DNA from: Phoronis australis
Lineage: Eukaryota; Animalia; Phoronida
Direction of reading: 5' to 3'
NCBI GenBank assembly: GCA_002633005.1
Contig: NMRA01001053.1
Location: 18,069-62,706 of the forward strand
DNA: 44,638 nucleotides
Shown here: one piece after another, positions 11,901 to 21,281 of the stretch
Layout: each line of letters opens with the position of its first letter
Numbering within the stretch: the first letter of the stretch is position 1
Notes under the pieces: model-generated
The model's database searches: none
Seen by the model: the letters and a program-made list of their open reading frames with translations, nothing else
Told to the model about the DNA's origin: nothing
Position numbers and translations under genes: made by a program

Positions 11901-14900
11901 CATAAAGGGAACTTGTCTGCCACATTTCACTGAAAACTGTCAAAGAATTCTGAAGATACAGAAGCCAAAAAACGGACTTATAATAGCCACTAGGTGGCAC
12001 AGAATCATCAAAGACATCCGAAAATGTAATGGTGTCGTCACCTTCATAATAAAAGCCTATTTGCCATAGAAATTGATGCAGGAATTACAAGGATACGTAG
12101 AGGCAATCGTAAAAAACTAAAATTGACACACAGCAACATAGAAGTTTTTGGACCAGTCCAAAAGTCACCATCTTCCATCGCCAGTTTCATAAGAACACAC
12201 CTGTCAAATTTTATTAAGATCCTACAAAGGGTTTACGAGATACAGCTACGAACGATGGATGCCAAGACGTTCGGACACCCACACAGTGATGACGGCAACA
12301 TGCACCCACATATAAATATGTGGACACATAAAAATGAAAGGTTAGTACTAGTCTGAATGAGTATGTGACACAGTGAAATCCAAAAATGAACAAAATGGTG
12401 AACTATCTATCGCACAACTGAACATTGAGAAACAAAGCTTTGTTCAACTAACCCGTCACATTTCCCACAACATAAAAGGTTCCCCCAGCAGTCCTTCAAA
12501 GAAGACCATTTTATCAATGTTATTTCAATGAAACTGAACACCCACCTGTATAAGAAATATGGTCTGTATACATAAATTAAACACAATATCCGCTATCAGT
12601 TTACTAATGCTAGGCAGTTGTGGCAAGCCTCTGGCTTTTTTGTATGCAGTATCGGCTATATCCTGAAACAAGATACACATGGAGCAATCCCAAGGGTGAC
12701 ATGAGGTCATTTGTTTTATTACACAATCTCTAATGCTTCTTTCCTTTTTGATTTTTGTATTTTATTCAATTAGGTCCTCCTTCTTAATTGCTTTGATATA
12801 GTAACCTCGTTTGTTTGCTTCACGGTCCGAGTTTATGGTTAATACAGGGTCTGATTGGTCAGATCACGAATTGTGACATCTGACACTCAGGCGGCATAAA
12901 AGAAAAGTGATACTCCACACATGATTATCAGAAATTGCCTACTGCGTTTCAACCAATTGGAAGACAGAAGTATCAGTGGGTTGTGTAATAAAGAGTTATT
13001 TACGATGGAAAGCATTTAATCAAGGATAACCATGAGCTAGTCAGAGAGAAATTGGTGTTTTATTAACTGATGAAATATTTCAGAGCACTTAATACGTACT
13101 CAACACATAAAAATAATTGTATAGCTACAACAGTATTCAACTTGTGGCCAGTAATGTAAGTGGCTACCTTTATTACCAAAGGCCAAATTGCTAAGTATCA
13201 AAATCATCATATTCAAGACAAAAACGCAATCACGTAATTCTGAACGTCTGGCAATTTCTCCCATGTACACAATATGACGTTGTGATCATGATGACCGGAT
13301 TTTAAAAATGTATACAATTTTATGGGCCTGCTATAAAAGTTATTTAAGAAATTCATTCCCTGGAAACCAAGGTAACCCAATATGTGATTTCAACCTGTAC
13401 CGTGCTCACACTAAATATACAGGAAAAAAATGACAAATCACTGTTACTCGCCTATATATTTCGAAATAAACACATTACATTCTGTGAAGTTACTTTAATA
13501 GAGCCTTTATCCCATTCACTTAACAAATAAAGTTCAATGTCCAACTGTGCAAAAGTTAATGTAAAATCAAATTCCATCAAAGGTTCAAATTCTATCAAAC
13601 CAAGTAGAGGCAGTGGGTTTTTCAGTTGAAACAATAAGCAAACTCATGATGTGTAACAGCAAACACTGACTTGCTGCATTAAACAAAGCGTTCCACTCCA
13701 AAACATGAATCGAAACACTGGTGTTCAAACATGGCACCGCACAGGGTTTTAACATTTGATGGTAAAAATCATAATCCAGTTACTATAAGCTGTTAACTTT
13801 CTTACAATGTTGATATGGAATGCGGTAAGAATCTTACCTGAAACCACAAAGTATTGACAATTTTGCTAAGAACAAACAGAGGTAATATCCATAACGTGTT
13901 GAAGGTCCACGTTAGTGTGGGTCCCATGTATGTCCATATGTGGCCGTGGGCAGCAGAATCACCTGGCAAGGACAAAGTTATTCAATTACGAGTGCGCTGA
14001 AATTGTATTTTAATACAGAGCATGTCAAACGAAACCAAATGAAGCACAATTTCTCCATGATGGTGATGGATTACTCTTACAGAAAAAATGACAGGTGATG
14101 AATAGGGCCATCCTGGATTACACGGCTAAAGAACTTTGTCCCAGAAATAAGAAAGCGCGTGACCTAATATTCGAAACCAGGCTAATTTCTGTGTCTTTCA
14201 GTGACATTGCGATGGTGAAGAATTTCAAAACACACATCCATGGGTATTTGTCTTTGTCTAGTTTATCAAACTTTCTCATGTCGGAGTTGCAGCCCACGGC
14301 ACAGCAGTGATACCTCATTGGCGTTGGAAGGGTGAATAGAGTAACGTAACCGAGAAAAACGGTAGAAAATCAGAAAACAACAAATGTCATGAGAAATTCC
14401 AGTGGCACAAAAACGATGTGCCCGTGGATAAATACAGAGAAATTCGATTGTCGCTGTGCAATCCAGGACAGCCCAATTGTTGCTGCGTCAAAGTCTTTAT
14501 TAAAGAATAGTAAGATTAAGTGTTTCCACTTTCTGTTAATTCCAGCTCATTCTTGGTGGTGATACTTTGGTTATGGATTCCATACATCGAGTCATGACAA
14601 AAAATTCCCGGTCATTGTATCAGACCACTTCACTCACATGAATACTGCACTACGGTATCTGCAAAATTGTCCACAAACACGTCTGGTTTAGGAAAGTTGT
14701 AACATACACTCTAATCATGGTTGTGCAATGACCAAACTTCTAAGTAACAACCTGGCAAATGAAGCCAAAGAGTTTAGGCAAAAACCTAACTGACAAATGC
14801 TTTTCAGAAATTAATTGTCATCGTTGGATACTTTCCCACTGTAGTAATCAAAATGTCCGTCAGGGTTGATGTTTACTGCGTGGTCTAATTAATAAAACAT

Positions 14901-16564
14901 TTTAAGAAATCAATTTCAACAGAAATTTCTAGCAAGCTATTTGTATTTATTATGGGAGAAACCTGAAGATAAAGTGAGACCAGGGGTCTACTTCACAAAA
15001 GTGACTTAAAACAGAAATTCGGACTTAAGGTCCAAAATCAAAATTTCTGAATGCAGATTTATCTATGTCATTATTAGCCTTTCAACGTGTAAACATAATT
15101 TACAGAAGTTATGATCCCACTAACTAGTAGTTAAGGGTATATTCTTGGGGATTGATCAAAACTGACATTTAATTATTTTTCCGAAACAGATGTGTGAAGA
15201 AAAGGCAAATTTTTGACTTTTAAGTCTTTAAAGTCGCTTTTCACGAAACAAAGCCCTAGTTTCTTTATCGTCTTAAAAATTTATTTTCATAAAATGAGCA
15301 CAATGTGCAATCAGGTATTAGGAATCATATTATGTACAGCTCTTACTATTTTTGGAATATATTAAAAAAACAGTAGTTAACTACATACCAAACAAAAGGC
15401 GCGTAAACCACTCCAAGTACGGCATCAAAATCCATCGAAACAACAATATGCTCATCTGAAATAAATGGAACATTTTACATTTAGTAACTTGTACAATAGG
15501 TCACGTCCAAACATGGGAACAAAAAAGTATAAGAAAACGACACAAATTCATCAAATTCAGAGGCCCCCTAAGAAACACGTCCAATGATAAATGGGTAAAA
15601 AATGAGGTGACATCCAAATAAAGTTAAGTATTCTACATTCTACAACACATGTGCTGCTTTGGTGAACATTCCCAACTACCAGTTCACTTTCAAAGATACA
15701 CAGTCTAACACGCAAACAACAGTTAAAACATAGCCATCCTTATAAGCCTCATGTGGCAACAACATTGTTGACAACAATCGAAAATGACAAAGTGAAACAT
15801 CTGGATCTTGGATACAGCAAAAGGAAAATGTTCGCTGCTATAACCAGAGCAAACATGATGACAGTGTTCTTTCAGTTGTCTGTGAAATAGAACAAGGAAA
15901 TAGAGGTATATGGTGTGGGAAGGTATGCGTGTCAAAAAGTGAAACATTTTGACAATAAGGCAGGATCTGGCACGCAGATGCAAAAAGTGGGATGGACGCA
16001 TCCAATGTGGGACAGTTGGTTACTATCTGGTAATAACTAGTTCCAAACAAACTCACCAAAAAAATGCCTCCGTTAAACAGGCAGCAATAAAATATCCTTT
16101 GTAATATCTTGGGCTCCTTGCTGAAATAAAATTCAAACATCAAATAAAAGTATAAAACTTCCAGCAGTGACCTGTTGAACCATTTTCTCAAGGAAAAAAA
16201 TATTTTCGGGAATGCAAATCTCGCACCACTAAAATTTAAAGTATGTTTTGTTTACAATGTTAGAGCAACAGTATAATTGCGATACAGCAATAGCAATCGT
16301 GGGTCTGAAAAATTGTGTTATACTTCAGTATAGCATTGAAAGCAATGATAACAACCTTTGTTCCTTCGTAGTTTGCCTTGCTCGGCCTTGTTGAGCCCTC
16401 CTCTGAGCTAACACTGTGCTGAATTCTTCACTCCTCCTTAGTTTCTCCTCTGATTCAGAGTCGGTCTTCTCTTTCCTCAGGTGGTAAATCTTCACAGCAC
16501 CTCCCACAGAATCCAACATGCCACGCGCCATGGCAACCAAGATCTTCCCCAAAGTGTCGGCCAT
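2858..16564 (-). CDS. EI24: Etoposide-induced protein 2.4 homolog (EI24/PIG8, ER membrane autophagy protein), spliced CDS of about 328 aa
   Basis: Coding exons with GT-AG ends and consistent phases: 16564-16356, 16120-16057, 15455-15389, 13962-13838, 12662-12546, 11053-10942, 9957-9846 (duplicate at 8248-8137), 5224-5150 and 2963-2858, totalling 987 nt. The translation matches recalled EI24 motifs: [105 protein letters not shown]. Confidence 0.95.
3297..3405. mobile_element. Older hairpin MITE of the same GGCA..GTCGGATAT lineage (related copy at about 34195-34285)
   Basis: Left end GGCAGTAGTCGGATAT, internal inverted repeat TTTTGAGAACCAGTT/AACTGGTTCTCAAAA, flanks TCAATTAAT/TCAATTAAC. Confidence 0.55.
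3652..3794 (+). mobile_element. hAT-type MITE with 5-bp TSD
   Basis: CAGGGGCGGAT...ATCCGCCACTG termini; TSD CATTA. Confidence 0.8.
3961..4071 (-). mobile_element. Truncated copy of the same MITE family
   Basis: CAGTGGCGGA terminus and the internal AAAATCCTGGCTAATACTC shared with the other copies. Confidence 0.7.
5150..5224 (-). CDS. EI24: EI24 coding exon 8 ([24 protein letters not shown])
   Basis: Acceptor TTTCAG, donor GTGAGT; not in the ORF track. Confidence 0.93.
6021..7265 (+). mobile_element. Helentron/DINE-1-like non-autonomous repeat with internal degenerate tandem units
   Basis: Starts AACAAGAG..AATGCACCCA and ends in the hairpin ACATATAAATATGT followed by an A-run. Internal units each carry AAAAWKGCCACTAGRDGG. 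The 3' part is repeated at 8617-9018. Confidence 0.65.
8137..8248 (-). CDS. EI24: Duplicate copy of EI24 coding exon 7 (likely redundant haplotype/assembly overlap)
   Basis: Identical to 9846-9957 and inside the block duplicated across the N at 8616. Confidence 0.6.
9846..9957 (-). CDS. EI24: EI24 coding exon 7 ([37 protein letters not shown])
   Basis: Acceptor TTCAG, donor GTAATT; an identical copy lies at 8137-8248. Confidence 0.9.
10581..10743 (+). mobile_element. hAT-type MITE with 5-bp TSD
   Basis: TAGGGGCGGAT...ATCCGCCACTA termini; TSD TAGAT. Confidence 0.8.
10942..11053 (-). CDS. EI24: EI24 coding exon 6 (GMLCNYLP...[14 protein letters not shown])
   Basis: Acceptor TTTCAG, donor GTAAGT. 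Confidence 0.93.
11763..12334 (+). mobile_element. Shorter copy of the same Helentron/DINE-like repeat
   Basis: Same 5' motif GTTGAAATGCACCCA, same CCACTAGGTGGC units and same 3' hairpin CCACATATAAATATGTGG. Confidence 0.65.
12546..12662 (-). CDS. EI24: EI24 coding exon 5 (DIADTAYKK...QTIFLIQ)
   Basis: Acceptor TTTCAG, donor GTGGGT; 117 nt. Confidence 0.93.
13838..13962 (-). CDS. EI24: EI24 coding exon 4 ([10 protein letters not shown]...[19 protein letters not shown])
   Basis: Acceptor GCCAG, donor GTAAGA; conserved EI24 motif. Confidence 0.93.
14104..14475 (-). mobile_element. Non-autonomous TIR element with THAP N-terminus (ISL2EU-like)
   Basis: TIR GGGCCATCCTGGATTACACGGC vs GGGCTGTCCTGGATTGCACAGC with AT on both flanks; ORF 14318-14118 begins [22 protein letters not shown]. 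Confidence 0.6.
14984..15256. mobile_element. Degenerate Harbinger-like MITE
   Basis: Imperfect TIR GGGTCTACTTCACAAAAGTGACTTAAA vs GGGCTTTGTTTCGTGAAAAGCGACTTTAAA; 3-bp flanks CAG/TAG. Confidence 0.4.
15389..15455 (-). CDS. EI24: EI24 coding exon 3 ([22 protein letters not shown])
   Basis: Acceptor TTTCAG, donor GTATGT; not in the ORF track. Confidence 0.9.
16057..16120 (-). CDS. EI24: EI24 coding exon 2 ([21 protein letters not shown])
   Basis: Acceptor TTTCAG, donor GTGAGT. Confidence 0.92.
16356..16564 (-). CDS. EI24: EI24 first coding exon ([15 protein letters not shown]...TTKEQ)
   Basis: ATG in CATC-ATG-G context; the donor GTTGT follows 16356 (phase 2). Confidence 0.9.
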
Positions 16565-18229
16565 GATGTTTGAGTGTACGACGCCCTATCTTACATCTAA
16601 ATAGGCAGGAGAACAACTGTTTCAGAAGAGTTTCATCCTTACACTCTAAATGACCCAAAGTATGGGATGCAATGTTATCAGTGTGATTCTTTATTGTGGT
16701 GTGAAACACACTGCAATTTTGAGCCCCCAAGCTTACATATGACCACCACATTCAAATTTTGAGTCTCCGTATAAAAATTTTGATAGATGATCAAACCAAC
16801 TGTGATTAAAATCCTTTAAATAGTGCCAAATATTTTGTTAAACCGTAAGATTTTAGTAATGCGCGCATTAGAGACTGAATCATATCTTTATCCCATGATA
16901 ATAATTATGACCTATGATCCACAAAATTTAACCTACAACACTTAAAACAGTGGTCTGCCCTGATGGACTTAGATAGCTGAACATGGCCATTGGCAGCTTT
17001 CCCCCATTTCCACCACAATCCTGGTGAGAACACTGAGATAATTTATGTACAAGCATATTTTCCATTTGATAATGACCACTGATAGTGATCAATGAGTTTA
17101 CGGTCAACTACACAGAAATTCACAGGTAAAAGTTCTCGTAATTGCAAATAGCTTCAAGTTTCTTCCAAGCTCACTGTCTTGCACTGTTAGCCATTCAAGC
17201 TATTATAAGAACATAATATCTCAGAAGTGACTTGTCAGATTCATAGGAACAAAGGATTCTCAAACTTTTGTTATTGAAAAAATTCAAAGTTTCATGAAAA
17301 CAAAAACGTAATAATAATTTACAAAACTAGCTGTAACAGCATTTTTGAGATTTCATCGTGAACAACTATCAAACAAAATTTGGTCGTTTAATTGACAAAC
17401 TTGTTTTGCTAGCACTGGATGCTTTCTTTTCGGGTCACGTGACCCAGTTAATAGATTTAGTGTAAAGTCAATCACCACATTATACAGGCTTTCTACTTTC
17501 AGAAAATACAAACACACACTGAGCTAAAATCTGTAGTTATGAAGATATTTGGCTAAACACTGAGTACTGGTACATAAGGCCTACATAACCTTACAATCCT
17601 GATTTCAACATCATATGATTTTTGATATTTTGTGATCATTTTATTCATTCCTGATCCACATAATACCTGGATTATTCCAGGATGCGCAGACTCTCTACTC
17701 AAGGAAATGTTGAAAGTAATCAATCCCTCATGTCTTACCATAGACTGTGGCAATATTTTACCTGGGCCAGCGTTTTTGCTGATGAACGAAAACAAGAGCA
17801 TTATAATCAATTGAATCATGGTTAAGATACGCACAGAGAGACAATGTGCACCATATCTTGTACCAGTTATGCTTTGACATGTATGTTTTCAGTGTTATTT
17901 TATTGTGATATCTGAAAAAGTTGTGAGCCTTTTAACGAGTATATTCATTGCAGAAGTCACTTAATCCTTTATATCCAGATAAGTTTTGCATAGCCTTTGC
18001 ATGGCTCTCTGATCTGCAGTGAATTCCAAGGTGTCTTACCTTGTAATAACACTATACGTGCTCCTAAATCAAGTCTCAGTCAGTGACTGTGATGCATGCA
18101 TGCATAATAAATCATTGAGTATTACAAGTGAGTCGACTTTGAACTTAAAAATTAGCAGCAGTGATTGTAGAATTTTTAAAATACACAGCCACAGGCCCCT
18201 ACAGAAACCGAGAAAGGGATGGGGAGTAC

Positions 18230-18318
18230 CACAGGCGTCCTCAGCTTCTGATTGTCCCCAATACACTACATATTATATGTAGTGAATTGGGGACGATCAG
18301 AAGCTGAGGACGCCTGTG
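18230..18318. mobile_element. 89-bp palindromic MITE with 8-bp TSD (P- or hAT-like)
   Basis: Near-perfect hairpin CACAGGCGTCCTCAGCTTCTGAT...; TSD GGGAGTAC at 18222-18229 and 18319-18326; partly deleted in the duplicate copy near 20520-20605. Confidence 0.75.
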
Positions 18319-19186
18319 GGGAGTACAGCGTTGTACTTGTAGCCCCTGTAGCCAGTTGAGGGGTTTGGCGTGTTGCCTATGGTGAAATATGATCTTGCTC
18401 CGACTGAACTCAGGACCTCACAATTTAAAGTCAGACGCCTTAAGTAACCAGTTGGCAAAAGCTATTATAGCGCTACGTCTTTGTTTCCGTCACGACGTTT
18501 CATTTTCCCGTGACTCACTGTCACTGACACTGATGATGATCTGATCGGTCCTTCGCGTTGGCAATATTCTTGTTGCCCAAGTTGGTCTTGCTTCACACGC
18601 GTTGGATATCTGTATCCAGCTTCATGAAGTGGGTTTTAACGTATATACCTGAATAAAGGTTAAGGAAAAAATAGAGCACGCTACGCTACTTACCGTTTTT
18701 AGTGTTCCAGAATGGACGTAAATAAAAGTTCCATGCGCACTTCTTCTGCGCATACTCCTAAGATAAAACAAAATAATTTATTTTGTCCAGTTGATTTTCA
18801 ATTTTATTTCTATTGATCGTAATATTTTGCTGAGATAGTCGAATTGTTTGTAGGATCTACCATAAATCAATTTCAGATAGAAATTTAAGAATTATTTTTG
18901 CAAGTTTTATTTAAGCGGCCTTATACGGGTTGTCCCCAGTAAAAACACGTGTACCTTCCTTTTACTTCGGCACGGACAGAAAACATGGTACAGTGAATGT
19001 TCCGCTAGGGAAATCATTAAATAAATCTAGATTTCGTCTTTCCATTTTCGAATCTGAGTTGGAAATTGCAGTCAATGTGTGATTTTTGTTCATGTTGTGT
19101 GCTAGTGTCTAGCTATGATAGACATTTTGGTAATCAAGCGAAGCAAATCGTCTTGCAAATTGTTGGTCGGACAGAAGCCCCGCGTC

Positions 19187-19293
19187 GGCACTGGTCGGAT
19201 ATAGAGAACCAGGCAATCACTGAATAACGGGCCCATCATTTAATGGATGTAACGGGTTCTGTAAATCAGGAACCGTTATATCCGACCAGTGCC
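19187..19293. mobile_element. MITE with GGCACTGGTCGGATAT TIR (Merlin/MULE-like); duplicate at 22193-22300
   Basis: 16-bp TIR; imperfect 9-bp TSD CCCCGCGTC/TCCCACGTC (CCCCACGTC in the duplicate). Confidence 0.7.
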
Positions 19294-20990
19294 TCCCACG
19301 TCGTCCCACTCGGCAAAGGCTTCTAGGATTTTTATCCGGTTTGTCTGTCTGTCTGCAATTTTTATGTGCCAGTTGGCCTGAGTAGGGTGAGCAAACCAAA
19401 ATTTCAAGTTTAACAGAATTACTTGAAGAGGCATTCAAATGAAAGCCCTCATTGAGTATAATTTGCTGCTTTTTGAATTTTTAAAAACGGTTGAGGGGTT
19501 TTGATGCTACAGGCATTTTTGTCGCCCAAAAAGATGCCCTTTTTCTGGAATTCGGTGTTTAAAATTCGGAATTGTGGTCAACCAAGAGTTTAAGCTTGAA
19601 TTATTTTAACAATATAGTTTATAAACTGCTAAAAATGAGCTAACTTGTTCTTACTGTCTTGTATTTTAAAACTAATCAGCTAAATTTGTGAGAAGTTGTA
19701 CCTGTGATAATTACTAAGGTGTTCAAAATTGGAAAAAAACAACTCGACTTAGTTTTTTTCTGGTTTGTGACGCTGCGTTTTTCATTCTGAGTGCAACTTC
19801 AAGACCCTATATTTTAAAAAAGGACACACATAGAACTCTGAAACTTTCAGGATGTCATNGTACATAAGGCCTACATAACCTTACAATCCTGATTTCAACA
19901 TCATATGATTTTTGATATTTTGTGATCATTTTATTCATTCCTGATCCACATAATACCTGGATTATTCCAGGATGCGCAGACTCTCTACTCAAGGAAATGT
20001 TGAAAGTAATCAATCCCTCATGTCTTACCATAGACTGTGGCAATATTTTACCTGGGCCAGCGTTTTTGCTGATGAACGAAAACAAGAGCATTATAATCAA
20101 TTGAATCATGGTTAAGATACGCACAGAGAGACAATGTGCACCATATCTTGTACCAGTTATGCTTTGACATGTATGTTTTCAGTGTTATTTTATTGTGATA
20201 TCTGAAAAAGTTGTGAGCCTTTTAACGAGTATATTCATTGCAGAAGTCACTTAATCCTTTATATCCAGATAAGTTTTGCATAGCCTTTGCATGGCTCTCT
20301 GATCTGCAGTGAATTCCAAGGTGTCTTACCTTGTAATAACACTATACGTGCTCCTAAATCAAGTCTCAGTCAGTGACTGTGATGCATGCATGCATAATAA
20401 ATCATTGAGTATTACAAGTGAGTCGACATTGAACTTAAGATTAGCAACAGTGATTGTAGAATATTTAAAATACACAGCCACAGGCCCCTACAGAAACCGA
20501 GAAAGGGATGGGGAGTACCACAGGCGTCCTCAGCTTCTGATCGTCCCCAATACACTACATATTATATGTAGTGCGATCAGAAGCTGTGGACGCCTGTGCC
20601 TGTGGGGAGTACAGCGTTGTACTTGTAGCCCCTGTAGCCAGTTGAGGGGTTTGGCGTGTTGCTTATGGTTAAATATGATCTTGCTCCGACTGAACTCAGG
20701 ACCTCACAATTTAAAGTCAGACGCCTTAAGAAACCAGTTGGCAAAAGCTATTATAGCGCTACGTCTTTGTTTCCGTCACGACGTTTCATTTTCGGATTTT
20801 CCCGTGACTCACTGTCACTGACACTGATGATGATGATCTGATCGGTCCTTCGCGTTGGCAATATTCTTGTTGCCCAAGTTGGTCTTGCTTCACACGCGTT
20901 GGATATCTGTATCCAGCTTCATGAAGTGGGTTTCAACGTATATAACTGAATAAAGGTTAAGGAAAAAATAGAGCACGCTACGCTACTTAC

Positions 20991-21264
20991 CGTTTTTAGT
21001 GTTCAAGAATGGACGTAAATAAAAGTTCCATGCGCACTTCTTCTGCGCATGCTCCTAACATAAAACAAAATAATTTATTTTGTCCAGTTGATTTTCAATT
21101 TCATTTCTATTGATCGTAATATTTTGCTGAAATAGTCGAATTGTTTGTAGGATCTGTCATAAATTAATTTCAGATAGAAATTTAAGAATTATTTCTGCAA
21201 CTTTTATGTAAGCGGCCTTATACGGGTTGTCCCCAGTAAAAACACGTGTACCTTCCTTTTACTT
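20991..21264. promoter_or_regulatory. Putative bidirectional EI24/RPS25 promoter (second copy at about 18694-18967)
   Basis: Plus strand: E-box CACGTG immediately followed by the pyrimidine tract CCTTCCTTTTACTTC (21251-21265, TCT/5'TOP-type start) about 30 nt before ATG|GT. Minus strand: consensus donor G|GTAAGT at 20991/20990 (candidate non-coding EI24 exon 1) with an NRF1-like TGCGCATGC near 21044. Confidence 0.65.
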
Positions 21265-21281
21265 CGGCACGGACAGAAAAC

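Noticed and set aside
20309-20821. 170-aa ORF
   Set aside because: It spans a MITE, is interrupted in the duplicate copy (87 aa) and has no recognisable motif.
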